Source: Chiloscyllium plagiosum (Eukaryota). From it: DNA of 64,000 nt. The stretch's first letter is position 1, and each line of letters starts with the position of its first letter. The position numbers and the translations under genes are program-made. The notes beneath the pieces were generated by a model. That model saw only the letters and a list, made by a program, of their open reading frames with translations. It did not search any database and had not been told where the DNA came from. Below, piece after piece: positions 40,164 through 53,345 of the stretch. The stretch lies in the NCBI RefSeq assembly GCF_004010195.1, contig NC_057753.1, positions 4,414,060-4,478,059 on the forward strand, given 5' to 3'.

Positions 40164-41074
40164 TCACAGTTTAAATACATTAACTAATGGACTCAGCAGA
40201 TATTTTAATGCTTTTTGTAACTCGTACCTAAACAAACTCTGTGTCCCTGCATAAATGAATGGGTTGATGCAGGAACACAAAACCTGAAGCATGTATCCGC
40301 TTTGTTGTAGAGCAAATGATGAATTAGTGAAATTGTAACTTGAGGAATAAGTAACATTTCCAATTCGAATATAGAAACTCATTACAAAAAGCAGCAAATA
40401 TGATAGGATGAAACCACCGGAGATGGAAAAGAGTAAAACAATTGACTTTCTCCGCTTCTCCATCTCAATGTCACTGTGATTCTCTCCACTACTCTGGGTC
40501 TGGAATCTCTTCCGGGCTTTATTTGCTGCTAGAATGCTCCTGACTGTCAGAACATTAAGTAGCAAAATCAGAACGAATGGAAGCCATGGAGTAAAAATGA
40601 TCCAAATCCAGTCATAAGCTGCCCATGCAGGTGATGCATAATAAGTTGCCTTTATGCTACAGAACCATGGTATATTGTTAATTATGTAGATAGGTTCATA
40701 TATAAAATATATAAAAACATTTTTTACGCAACTCAGTACAGACACAATTCCTATAATCACCCCAGCCATCCTCTTGTTGCAATATTTGTTTTTCAGGTTA
40801 TGGCTGGAAATCGCCACAAATCGATCAAAGGTGAAAGCAACCGTTAACCAGACCGAACTGGATATCGCTGCAAAATATAAAGCGGAACGAAAACTGCAAA
40901 CTGGTGTGATAGACAGGAAACTAGAAGTGAAATATGTCCCAGCAATCCGATTTAATATGACGACCGTGATTATAACTAGGAGATCTGTCACCGCCATTGA
41001 CACCAGGTAGTAAATTACGCATGCAGAAAGACCACACCTTCTTCGAGACAGAACGACAATCACTGCCAAGTTAG
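40164..41074 (-). CDS. GPR139/GPR142-like GPCR paralog C, coding exon 2 (joined CDS 42841-42772 plus 41074-40164, 326 aa)
   Basis: Motifs MAVTDLL, TPVCS, FTFDRFVAIS, PWFC, TPWLPF, CINPFIY and LFRYEL. Pyrimidine-rich acceptor atatag|CT gives phase 1. Confidence 0.92.
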
Positions 41075-42771
41075 CTATATAAAAGAAAATATGAAAGAAA
41101 TGGGAAAATTGAAACTTTCCTCGATTGGCTGCGATCAATGTCAATGTTTCACCAGAATCTGAGTGAAGCACATCACGTTAAGATGATTCTTGAATTTAGA
41201 AGTTATCCCTGAGAGAATTATTGACTGTGTTTGCAGTCATCATCATCCGGATCCGCAAAATAAGACAAGTTCTTTGGAGAATTAATTCAAACAGCCTAAA
41301 CCAATATAGCAAATCAAGGCGAGTAGGAAAGCATCAAAGGCAGAAAGAAACAACATTAGTATCAACAAAAAAATACTGAATCCATTGAGGAGGGTATATC
41401 CAAGTCAAGAGTAATGGAAATAACTTTGTGTAACTGACACAATATTTAGCACCTCACTGAGTACCTAAAGTGGATCGTTTCAATCAATTTATGTCAGCTA
41501 GTATTAGAGAACTCCAATTCTCTTGGTTAAAACAAAAAAAGGACACTCCATCAGAGGGAGTTCATAGAAATTTCAAGTTTCACCAATGCGATGGAAAGGA
41601 TTGTGCAGCGTTTGAATCACAACTTCGAGCTCTTCACATGACAATTCAGTAAATTTTAGGATGTCAAACTGAACTAAGAAAACTCGCAAGTGGCGAGAAC
41701 TCATTTGGAGAAAAATTCCCCGATGTTGCTTTGCACCCTCTGTCGAATCAAAATTATTCCTTGTCGATATTTGAAACGAGAATGCTTCAGCTTAATTGTG
41801 AGGACAGTATTAGTTCTGCTGTATCGCTCAATTTGCAAATAAAATAACGAAGTTTGTAACAATTTGGAAATATTGTTGTGTGGTATTAGGAAAAGGAAAT
41901 TTGGCTTCAATTTATTACTAACAACAGTCAACCATGAAGTCGAGGGAACAGCTAAAACATTGTAAATTAGAGTGAAACACGCCCGTGTTAATGAATACTC
42001 CTTCAATAAATCCATTCATTGAGGTAATTCGGAAAATACTTAATAGTTCAAATTTCTCAATCAGCCGGTGATCTATACTGTTTATGATTTACGCTGTTAC
42101 TATTAAATGCTTAACAAAGTATTCTGCATACGATTATCACAATTTGTCAATATGCCCACTGTAACAGTAGCGATTTAAATGTAAATCCCAATTTCCTTTG
42201 AAATTATGGTCTCACAAATGCAACACAGGCAATTTTAAAGCCACAACATAGCTACGTGTTTGTAATAGTATCATTTTCAATAATACTCTAAAGTTTTATT
42301 TGCGTAGTGATTACAGCAAGAAAATTCATGCACAGTTGCTTTACCAATGATACAACAGAAGTTCATCAACATTGTTTTTGTCAAGCAACTAACCGAGCCC
42401 AGGTACTGTTAACATCTTACAATCAGATGCTATATGTAACAGAAAGTTAGAACTCACCTGAAAATGACATATTATACAGACTAATAGGAAGGAACTTTGC
42501 AATTCCAAGAGGAAAATTACAGTGTTAAATAGATGTAATCACACCGAGTTATCATCGTTAAAAAAAACTCAGAAAATTGAGGGACATCTAATGCTTTGTA
42601 CTGATATTATTGAAGTACATAAGCCACACCGTAAAGTGAGAAATATATATTTTTAAGTCGAACATCCTTCATGGTAATGAGAAAATGTGTAGAAAAGTTT
42701 TTGTTATTTGGGGATAATTGTTGGAACCAAGCTAATATTTCTGCAGCTTTTCAATGACTGCAGTGTCTCAC

Positions 42772-42841
42772 CTGGAATCCCGATCACTGCAACGATGGGA
42801 TAGTAAATTTCAAAGATCAGACCCTGTGATACTGCATGCAT
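42772..42841 (-). CDS. GPCR paralog C coding exon 1 (MHAVSQGLIFEIYYPIVAVIGIP)
   Basis: 70 nt from ATG to donor CAG|GTGAG, phase 1. Confidence 0.9.
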
Positions 42842-42892
42842 CTCCGTCAGAAGTTCTGAATATGCTTGGCATTCTCTGACCACCAATTACTG

Positions 42893-42960
42893 TTATATCT
42901 GAAGTAAGACTCCTGGGAAACAATTAGCTAATTCAAAATTATATATTAATTAATTTAGTC
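42893..42960 (-). promoter_or_regulatory. Paralog C proximal promoter
   Basis: TATAA (minus strand, 42893-42897), CTCCTGGG (42910-42917), CAATTA (42921-42926), and further TAATT motifs to about 42955. Offsets from the ATG are 69 and 80. Confidence 0.6.
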
Positions 42961-43515
42961 TAACAGAGAAATGATATTATTGAAGTACAGTGATTAACAG
43001 TTCACTGCGTGCGTATGGTTTCACAAAACATATTGCTATTTCCATGCAGGCATTCTTGGATGTGAAGTAAAACACGTAATGCCTGCAGTCTGATTAGTTA
43101 CTTTTCGATTATGGTGATAAAGTATAACAGAATAGCCTTTCGGATATCAGTGTAAGATGAAAGTAACTACATTCACTGTTGGCTACCAGTGGATAAAACT
43201 TTAATGGTGAAACACAGCTCGATCCTCATTCTCGACGTATTGTTCAAATGAGATTTTACAGTCAGCCTTTATATCTGAACTAGACAGGTATTGCGCTGTT
43301 TAATACAGAGAATTTCAGTCCTAATCAATTATATCGACTGTGCAAATGTTCAGTTGTTTATGAATACGTTTGGCATGGGCTTGTCTCAGAGCTGTTTGTA
43401 GATACCTTAAAGTCAGTCATTAAATCAATTGGGTATTTCTTGTCTTTTTTTATTTCGTAATTACTAAAAGCCACATGTTGCGCCTGGCACACGGTGTCTT
43501 TACATTATAATATTT

Positions 43516-43806
43516 GTGGGCGGCACGGTGGCACAGTGGTTAGCACTGCTGCCTCACAGCGCCAGAGACCCGGTGTGGAGTTTGCACATTCTCCCCGTGT
43601 CTGCGTGGGTTTGCTCCGGGTGCTCCGGTTTCCTCCCACCATCCAAAAGATGTGCAGGGTCAGGTGAATTGGCCATACTAAAAATTGCCCGTAGTTTTAG
43701 GTAAGGGGTAAATGTAGGGGTATGGGTGGGTTTCGCTTCGGCGGGTCGGTGTGGATTTGTTGGGCCGAAGGCCCTGTTCCCACACTGTAATCTAATCTAA
43801 TCTAAT
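43516..43806 (+). mobile_element. HE1-type SINE (young-looking, B-box region deleted)
   Basis: Head GGCGGCACGGTGGCACAGTGGTTAG, V-domain and (TAATC)n tail. Confidence 0.92.
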
Positions 43807-45059
43807 CGAATTTATTCAGCAAAGGAACTGTAGGCCGACTTTTAATAATGATGCAAAATGATACATGTTTATTTCACACAATTAATGGTATAACAATAAA
43901 GTGTACGAAAACTAACAATAAGCACTACAAAACTATCTTATGCTTGAACTTAACTTTGTATGATTGGAAACCACCACACTGAAACTTGGCCAGACGCTAC
44001 GTGGTTATGCTGTCCGATTTTCTAATAAGGGTCTCAGGAGTGTCCTCTCTTTCAGTAGTTGTTCTCGAGTTACCACAGTGAGCAGAGTTTTGCAGCAATT
44101 CTCATCCCTCAAAATCTTTGCGCCCTTTAAGGAGAGTTTTGAGGATCTGCCAAAGGATTGATTAAATCCGATTACCCTGATGAATCAGACCTAAGCAGAA
44201 GTTGGCATGTTGAATGCAGGGTGCCCCTTGGGTAGGTGCTGCGTGCACGTAGCCACTTTCAAATAAGGGTGTGAGGCGCTTCCATGTCTGGAAAACGACT
44301 CGATGCTCCCATTTGTCTCGAGGGTGACATTCTGTTGTCCCATTCAAGTCCAACTTCCAATATGTATTGCAGGGTCTGCAGCTATCAAGTTCGTTTGCAA
44401 ACCGCCTGTGGATAGCTGCAGCCTGCTTGGATTATGTTGCACGTGGATTGACACAGTCACTTTCGTTAGGGACTCTTCCATTTCCCAGCATGCTTTAATT
44501 TAAAGGCCACCTTATTGTAGCTCGTCATATATCAGTTATTTTGGGCGGCCTGTCCGGCCAAACTCCCTGGTCTTCTCACTGAATATGAAGTATGACGGAT
44601 CACATAATGAAGGACTTAGATATGTGCTGTGGGTATACGACCATTCAAACTTAAATAAAGCACAACATACACTTAAACATCAGACCTGCTACAGAAGGCA
44701 TGAGAAAGCTACATTTGACTATCACCATTCAGGGACAGGAATGGCTGTTGCAGGTCCCGGGATATAGATGTTTCAGTAAGAACACAGAAGATTGTAGAAT
44801 GGAGGAGGTGTGGCATTGTTAGTCAAGGACAATATTATAGTGGCACACAGTTCGTTTGAGGACTTGTATACTGAGGTTCGAAACAGGAAAGGAGAAGTCA
44901 TCCTGTTGGGATCTTTCTGTAGGCGTCTGAATACTTCCCGAGATGTAGAGGAAAGGATAGCAAAGGTGATTCTGGATAAGAGTGGAGAGTAACAGAGTAG
45001 TTGTTATGGGGTCTTTAACTTTCCAAATATTGACATGAAATACTATAGTGCAAGTACTT

Positions 45060-47958
45060 AGTAAGATTAGGGAGGGTGGGAAAAAAGGAGGGGGGGTGGC
45101 ATTGCTAATTAGAAATGGTATAACGGTTGCAGAAAGGAAGTTTGAGGGGGATCTGCCTCTGGAGGTAGTATGGGCTGAAGTCAGAAATAGGAAAGGTGCA
45201 GTCACCTTGTTGGGTGTTTACTATAGGCCCCCCAATAGCAGCAGAGATGTGGAGAAACAGATTGGGAAACAGATTTTGGAAAGGTGCAGAAGCCACAGGG
45301 TCGTAGTCATGGGCGACTTCAACTTCCCAAATATTGATTGGAAGCTCTTTAGATCAAGTAGATTGGATGGGGCGGTGTTTGTGCAGTGTGTCCAGGAAGC
45401 TTTTCTAACGCAGTATGTAGATTGTCCAACCAGAGGGGAGGCCATATTGGATGTGGTACTCGGTAATGAACCGGGACAAGTGGTGGGCTTGTTAGTGGGT
45501 GAACATTTTGGTGATGATGACCACAATTCTGTGACTTTCACCTTGGTTATGGAGAGAGATAGGTGCGCACAACAAGGTAGATTTTATAATTGGGGGAAGG
45601 GAAATTACGACGCTGTAAGGCAGGATTTGAGGAGCATACGTTGGGAGCATAGGCTGTCAGGGAAGGATGTGGAGGAAATGTGGAACTTTTTCAAAGAGCA
45701 GATACGACGTGTCCATGATATGTATGTACCTATCAGGCAGGAAAGAAATGGTCGTGTGAGGGAGCCTTGGTTGACGAGAGAGGTTGAATGTCTGGTAAAG
45801 AGGAAAAAGGAGGCTTACATAAGGTTGAGGAAACAGGATTCAGACAGAGCAGTGGAGGGATACAGGATAGCCAGAAGGGACCTGAAGAAAGGGATTAGGA
45901 GAGCGAAGAGAGGGCATGAAAAATCGTTGGCGGATAGGATCAAGGATAACCCCAAGGCATTTTATGCGTATGTGAGAAACCTGAGAATGACGAGAACGAG
46001 GGTAGGTCCGATCAAGGACAGTAGTGGGAGACTGTGTATTGAGTCGGAAGAGATAGGAGAGGTCTTGAACAAGTACTTCTCTTCAGTATTTACGAACGAG
46101 AGGGACCGTATTGTAGAAGAGGAGAGTGTGAAATGGACTGGTAAGCTAGAAGAGATACCTGTTAGGAAGGAAGATGTGCTGGACATNNNNNNNNNNNNNN
46201 NNNNNNNNNNNNNNNNNNNNNNNNNNNNNNNNNNNNNNNNNNNNNNNNNNNNNNNNNNNNNNNNNNNNNNNNNNNNNNNNNNNNNNNNNNNNNNNNNNNN
46301 NNNNNNNNNNNNNNNNNNNNNNNNNNNNNNNNNNNNNNNNNNNNNNNNNNNNNNNNNNNNNNNNNNNNNNNNNNNNNNNNNNNNNNNNNNNNNNNNNNNN
46401 NNNNNNNNNNNNNNNNNNNNNNNNNNNNNNNNNNNNNNNNNNNNNNNNNNNNNNNNNNNNNNNNNNNNNNNNNNNNNNNNNNNNNNNNNNNNNNNNNNNN
46501 NNNNNNNNNNNNNNNNNNNNNNNNNNNNNNNNNNNNNNNNNNNNNNNNNNNNNNNNNNNNNNNNNNNNNNNNNNNNNNNNNNNNNNNNNNNNNNNNNNNN
46601 NNNNNNNNNNNNNNNNNNNNNNNNNNNNNNNNNNNNNNNNNNNNNNNNNNNNNNNNNNNNNNNNNNNNNNNNNNNNNNNNNNNNNNNNNNNNNNNNNNNN
46701 NNNNNNNNNNNNNNNNNNNNNNNNNNNNNNNNNNNNNNNNNNNNNNNNNNNNNNNNNNNNNNNNNNNNNNNNNNNNNNNNNNNNNNNNNNNNNNNNNNNN
46801 NNNNNNNNNNNNNNNNNNNNNNNNNNNNNNNNNNNNNNNNNNNNNNNNNNNNNNNNNNNNNNNNNNNNNNNNNNNNNNNNNNNNNNNNNNNNNNNNNNNN
46901 NNNNNNNNNNNNNNNNNNNGTTGAAGTCAGAGAGTGGTGGTAGATGGTAAATATTCAGCCTGGAGCCCAGTTACAAGTGGAGTTCCGCAGGGATCAGTTC
47001 TGGGTCCTCTGCTGTTTGTAATTTTTGTTCATGACTTAGATGAGGGAGTCGAAGGGTGGGTCAGTAAATTTGCAGATGATACGAAGATAGGTGGAGTTGT
47101 GGACAGTGAGGAGGGCTGTTGTCGGCTGCAGAGGGACTTAGATATGATGCAGAGCTGGGCTGAGGAGTGGCAGATGGAGTTCAACTCTGCCAAGTGTGAG
47201 GTTGTCCATTTTGGAAGAACAAATAAGAATGCGGAATACAGGGTTAATGGTAGGGTTCTTAGTCAGGTGGAGGAACAGAGGGATCTTGGGGTCTATGTAC
47301 ATAGATCTTTGAAGGTTGCCACTCAGGTGGATAGAGTTTGTAAGAAGGCCTATGAGTATTATCGTTCATTAGCAGAGGGATTGAATTCAAGAGTCGTGAA
47401 GTGATGTTGCAACTGTACAGGACTTTGGTTAGGCCGCATTTGGAGTACTGTGTGCAGTTCTGGTCGCCTCACTTTAGGAAAGATGTGGAATCTTTGGAGA
47501 GGGTGCAGAGAAGATTTTCCAGGATGTTGCCTGGAATGGAGAGGAAGTCGTACGAGGATAGGTTTAGAGTTCTCGGCCTTTTCTCGTTGGAACGGCGAAG
47601 GATGAGGGGTGACTTGATAGAGGTTTATAAGATGATCAGAGGAATAGATAGAGTAGACAGTCAGAAACTTTTTCCCCGGGTACAACAGAGTGTTACAAGG
47701 GGACATAAATTTAAGGTGAAGGGTGGAAGGTATAGGGGAGATGTCAGGGGTGGGTTCTTTACCCAGAGAGTGGTGGGGGCATGGAATGCGCTGCCCGTGG
47801 GAGTGGTAGAGTCGGAATCATTGGCGACCTTTAAGCGGCATTTGGATAGGTACATGGATGGGTACTTAATCTAGGTTAATCTAGGTTAGAGGTTCGGCAC
47901 AACATCGTGGGCCGAAGGGCCTGTTCTGTGCTGTATTGTTCTATGTTCTATGTTCTAT
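45060..47958 (+). mobile_element. Young 5'-truncated CR1 nested in the older CR1
   Basis: Long open EN reading frame (GGGVALL, YYRPP, MGDFNFP, DHN) and RT ([16 protein letters not shown]). TTCTATG-repeat tail. Apparent TSD GTACTT at 45054-45059 and 47959-47964. One frameshift near 47350. Confidence 0.92.
46187..46919. other. Assembly gap (733 N)
   Basis: Run of N inside the young CR1. Confidence 1.
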
Positions 47959-48429
47959 GTACTTTAGATGGGACAGTTTTTGTCCAATGTGTGCAGGAGT
48001 GTTTCTTGACACAGTATGTAGACAGGCCAACAAGTGGTTAGGCAAGATTCCAGGTGGATAGGATGGGGAGGGAAACGGCAGGAGATGGAGACAGTCGATA
48101 TGTGGAGCTTATGTAAGGCATAGCTAACGTGTGACCTTGATAAGTATGTACCTATCAGGCATGGAGGGAGTGGTCGAGCGAGGTAGCTGTGGTTAACTAA
48201 AGATATTGAATCACTTCACAAGTGGAAGTAGAAGGCTTATGTGAGGATGAGACATGCAGGCTCAGTTAGGGCGCTTGAGAATTGCAAAATAGCCAGGAAT
48301 GACCTAAAGCAGGAACTCAGAAGAGCCAGGAGGTGGCATGAAAAGTTGTTGGCAGATAGCATCAAGGAAACCCCTAAAGCTTTCTATAGGTAAATCCGGA
48401 ATAAAAGAATGACTGGGATAAGACTATTG

Positions 48430-48522
48430 TTTAGATCGGAGTGGTACTGGAAAAGCACAGCACGTCAGGCAGCATCCGAGGAACAGGAAAATCAATGTTT
48501 CGGGCAAAAGCCCTTCATCAGG
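48430..48522 (-). mobile_element. Short Penelope tail with hammerhead core, inserted in the CR1
   Basis: The reverse complement reads CCTGATGA-A-GGGC-TTTT-GCCC-GAAAC-ATTG...GGATGCTGCCTGAC. Confidence 0.75.
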
Positions 48523-50664
48523 TAATACTATTGACAATCAAGGACAGTAGTGGGGAGTTGTGCATGGAGTCTGATTAGATAGGAGAAGCGCTGAATGAAT
48601 ATGCTTCATCCGCATTCACACTGGAAAAATGCAAAGTTGTCGAGGAAAACAATGAGTTACAGGCCACTAGACAGATGGGATTGAGTTTCCCAAGAAGGAG
48701 GTGTTAGCAATTATGGAAAGTGTGAAAATAGATAAGTCACCTGGGCCTGATGGGATTTATTCTAGGATTCTCTGAGAAGTCAGGGAGGAGATTGCAGAGG
48801 CTTCAGCTTTAATCTTTATGTTGTCATTGTCCACAGGAACAGTGCCAGAGGATTGGAGGACAGCAAATGTCCCCTTGTTCAAGAAGGGGAGTAGAGACAA
48901 CCCTGACAATTATGAACCAGTGAGCCTTACTTTGGTTGTGGGAAAAGTGTTGGAAAAGGTTGTAAGAGAGAGGATTTATAATCATCCAGAGAGGAAAAAG
49001 TTGATTAGGGATAGTCAACACGGTTTTGTGAAGGGTAGGTCGGGCCTCACAAACCTTACTGAGTTCTTTGAGAAGGTGATCAAACAGGCGGATAAGGGTA
49101 AAACGGTTGATGTGATATATATGGATTTCAGTGAGGCCTATGTCACGGTTCCCAAAGATAGGCTATTATGTAAACCACGGAGGAGTGGGATTGAGGGTGA
49201 TGTAGCCATTTAAGTCAGAAAATGGCTAGCTGAAAGAAGACAGAGGGTGATGCTTGATGGTTATCCTGGAGTTCAGTTAATAGTGTTGTAAAGCAAGGAT
49301 CTGTTTTGGGGCCATTGTTGTGTGTTATTTTTATAAATGATGCAGAGGAGGGATTAGAAGGATGGGTTAGTAAATTTGCATATGACACTAAGATCGTTGG
49401 AGTTATGGAGAGGGCTAAAGGATGTTGCAGATTGCAGAGGGACATAAATAAGCTACAGAGCTGGGCTGAGAGGTGGCAAATAGAGTTTAATGTGGAAAAG
49501 TGTGAGGTGATTCACTTTGGAAGGAGCAAAAGAAAGAAAGAATGCTGGGCTAATGATAAAATTCTTGGCAGTGTAGATGAGCATAGAGATCTCGGTGTAC
49601 ATGTACAGAGATCTCTGAAAGTTTCCTCCCAGGCTGATAGGGTTGTGAAGAAAGCATACGGTGTGTTAGCTGTTTTTGGTAGAGGGATTGAGTTTCGGAG
49701 CCACGAGGTCATGTTGCAGCTGTACAAAATTCTGGTGCGGCCACACTGGTAGTATCGCTTACAGTTCTGGTCACCACATTGTAGGAAGGATGTGGAAGGT
49801 TTGAAAAGGGCTCAGAGGTGATTGACTTGAATGTACCCTGGTATGGAGGGAAGGTCTTATGAGGCAAGGCTGAGGGAATGAGGTTGCTTTCATTTGTGCA
49901 AACAATGTTGAGAGGTGACTTAATTGAGATGCATAAGTTAATCAGGAGTTGAGATAGGGTGGACAGTGAGAGCGTTTTTCCTCAGATGGTGATGACTACC
50001 ATGAGGGGATATAGCTTTAAACTGAGCGGAGATATAGGTATAGGACAGATGTCAGAGGTAGTTTCTTTACTCAGAGTGTAGTAGGTGCGTGGAATGTCCT
50101 GACTGCAAAAGCAGTAAACCCGCCAATTTTAAGTCCACTTAAATATGTCATTGGATAAGCATATGGATGAAAATCGCCTTCAGATTGGTTCCACAGGTCG
50201 GAGCAACATCGAGGTATGAAGGGCCTGCACTGCACTGTCATGTTCTATGCTTTATGTTCTAAACTACATCAGGTATCTGAATAATGGGCAAATACAAACA
50301 AATTAAGAGTTGAAATGCAATGGACAAATACGTTACTGAGTCATAAAACCCATTAACATAAAAAAATGATGACCAGGAGTCATGGCCAAACGTGGGCAAG
50401 ATTCACTAGCCTGATCAAACAGAAAATAAAATGGCAAATCTGAACAATGTGACAGAATCATGAATAAATATACGTACAAAACAAAATAATGGCAAACTTG
50501 AAATTGAACAAGTATTATAAAACATACATTGGAGAAATGGCCAAATAAACCACAACTCTGCAGTATGCTTTAATATCACAAGGTAGGCCAAATCACAACA
50601 ACCCATCAATGCAACTGACGACAGCAGAATCCTTCAGGGCATGAAACAAAGAAGTGAACCAATT

Positions 50665-53345
50665 AGAACATAGAACATTACAGCACAGTACAGGCCCTTC
50701 GGCGCTCGATGTTGCGCCGACCTGTCATACCAATCTGAAGCACAGGGGTATAGGTTTGCTCGCTGAGCTCTAGGTGTGACATCCAGACGTCTCATTACCT
50801 GGCTCGGTAACATCATCAGTGGTAACCTCCAAGTGAAACGAAGCTGTTGTCTCCTGCTTTCTATTTATATGTTTATCCTGGATGGGGTTCCTGGGGTTTG
50901 GGGTGATGTCTGAAGCCCATCTAACCTACACTATTCCATGTGCGTCCATATGCTTGTCCAATGAGGACTTAAATGTACTTAAACTTAGCGAATCTACTAC
51001 CGTTGCAGGCGAAGCATTCCAGAACCTTACTACTCTCTGAGTAAAGAAACTACCTCTGACATCCGTACTATATCTATCACCCCTCAATTTAAAGCTATGC
51101 CCCCTCGTGCTTACCGTCCCCATACTTGGAAAAAGGCTCTCCCTGTCCACCCTATCTAACCCTCTGATTATCTGATGTGTCTCTATTAAGTGACCTCTCA
51201 ACCTTCCTCTCTCTAACGAGAACAGCCTCAGTTCCCTCAGCCTTTCCTCGTAAGACCTTCCCTCCATACCAGGCAACATCCTAGTAAATCTCCTCTGCAC
51301 CCTTTCCAAAGCTTCCACATCTTTCTTATAATGCGGTGACCAGAACTGTACACAATACTCCAAATGTGGCCGTACCAGAGCTTTGTACAGCTGCAGCATA
51401 ACATCCTGATTCCGGAACTCAGTCCCTCTATTAATAAAGGTCAAAACACTGTATGCCTTCTTAACAACCCTGTCAATCTGTGTGGCAACTTTCAAGGATC
51501 TGTGTACATGGACACCGAGATCTCTCTGCTCGTCTGCACTCCCAAGAATCTTACCATTAGCCCAGTACTTTGCATTCCGATTACTCCGTCCATTGTGTAT
51601 CACCTCACACTTGTCCATATTAAACTCCATTTGCCACCTCTCAGCCCAGCTTTGCATCCTATCTATGTCTCTCTGCAACCTACTACATCCTTCGTCACTA
51701 TCCACAGCTCCACCGAACCTTAGAGTCGTCCGCAAATTTACTAACCCATCCTTCTAAGCCCTCATCCAGGACATTTATAAAATGACGAACAGCAGTGGAC
51801 CCAACACCAACCCTTGTGGTGCACCGCTAGTAATTGGACACCAAGATGAACATGTTCCATCAGCCACCACCCTCTGTCTTCTTTCAGCAAGCCGATTACT
51901 GATCTCAACTGCTATATCTCCCACAATCCCATTCTTCCACATTTTGTACAATAGCCTACTGTAGGGAACCTTATCGAACGCCTTGCTGAAATTCATATAC
52001 ACCACATCAACCGGTTTACTCTCATCTACCTGTTTGGTCACGTTGTCAAAAAACTCCATAAGATTCGTTAGGCACGACCTACCCTTCACAAAACCGTGCT
52101 GACTGTCCCTGATCAGATTATTCTTTTCTAGATGGTTATAAATCCTATCTCTTATAACCTTTCCCAACACTTTACCGACAAATGAAGTGAGACTCACTGA
52201 TCTGTAATTACCAGGGTTGTCTCTAATACCCTTTTTGAACAAGGGAACCACATTTGCTATCCTCCAGTCCTTAGGCACTATTCCTGTAGACAATGAAGAT
52301 TTGCAGATCGATGCCAAAGGCTCGGCAATCTCTTCCCTTGCTTCCCAGAGGATCCTAGGATAGATCCCATCCAACCCAGGGGACTTGTCTATTTTCACAC
52401 TCTGCAGTATTTCTAATACCTCTTCCTTGTGAACCTCAATCTCTTCTAGTCTAGATGCAAGTATCTCTGTATCTTCCTCGCCAACATTTTCATTTTCTAT
52501 AGTGAACACTGTCGAAAAATATTTATTTCGTGCCTCCCCTATCTCCTCTGACTCCACACACAACTTCCCACTATTATCCTTGATTGGCCCTAATTTAACT
52601 CTCGTCATTCTTTTATTCCTGACATACCTATGAAAAGCCTTAGGATTAACCCTATCCGCCAACAACTTCTCATGTCTCCTCCTGGCTCTTCTGAGCTCTC
52701 TTTTTAGGTCTTTCCTGGCTTCCTTGTAACCCTCAAGCGCCCTAACTGAGTTTTCACATTTTGTCCTAACATAAGCCGCCTTCTTCTCCTTGACCAGGGA
52801 TTCCACTTCCTTAGTAAACCACGGCGCACGCGTTCTATGTCTTCCTCCCTGCCTGACAGGTACATACCTATCTAGGACACACAGGAGCTTTTCCTTGAAT
52901 AAGCTCCACATTTTTAAAGTGCTCATTCCCTGCAGTTTCTTTCCCCATTCTACGCTTCCTAAATCTTTCCTAATTGCATCGTAATTTTCCCCAGCTTGCT
53001 CGGTGGAGTACACCTATCCCTTTCCATCACTAAAGTAAACCTGACAGAATTGTGATCGCTGTCTCCAAAGTGCTCACCTACTTCCAAATCTAACACCTGG
53101 CCAGGCTCATTACTCAGTACTAAATCTAAAGTGGCTTCGCCCCTTGTTGGCCTGTCTACATACTGTGTCACGAATCCCTCCTGCACACACTGCACAAAAA
53201 CTGACCCATCTATAGTACTCGTACTGTAGTGATCCCAGTCAATATTTGGATAGTTGAAGTCCCCCATGACAATTACCCTGCCTCTCTCACTCCTATCCAG
53301 AATCATCTTAGCTATCCTTTTCTCTACATCTCTGGGACTATTCGG
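50665..53345 (-). mobile_element. CR1 ORF2 (partial EN, RT and complete 3' end); downstream unit of a tandem chimera
   Basis: ORFs 51775-53013 and 50926-51735 carry RT motifs. AGAACATAGAACA tail. Confidence 0.93.
50742..50908 (-). mobile_element. Penelope 3' fragment inserted in the CR1 3' UTR
   Basis: Flanked by TCTGAAGC direct repeats (50734-50741 and 50909-50916), similar to 29400-29557. Contains CTGATGA...GAGACGTC, a mutated hammerhead core. Confidence 0.75.

Larger units (their letters stand above)
44700..50260 (+). mobile_element. Older CR1 ORF2 (EN-RT-3' end) that hosts nested insertions
   Basis: EN remnants lie at 44700-45058 and resume at 47959. RT remnants are SQHGFVKGRS, SKFAYDTK and LVRPH. 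3' tail at about 50200-50260. Confidence 0.9.

Noticed and set aside
41075..41171. 5' extension of the 335-aa ORF (MLHSDSGETL...)
   Set aside because: It has a GTG start and reads through the pyrimidine tract. The acceptor at 41075 and a homologous exon 1 give the proper model.
42704..42886. 60-aa ORF taken as a standalone gene or as a longer N-terminus
   Set aside because: It has a non-ATG start and runs past a consensus donor. Only 42772-42841 is homologous to the other first exons.
45048..46950. 631-aa and 258-aa ORFs
   Set aside because: Their lengths are inflated by the N gap, and the real part is CR1 ORF2.
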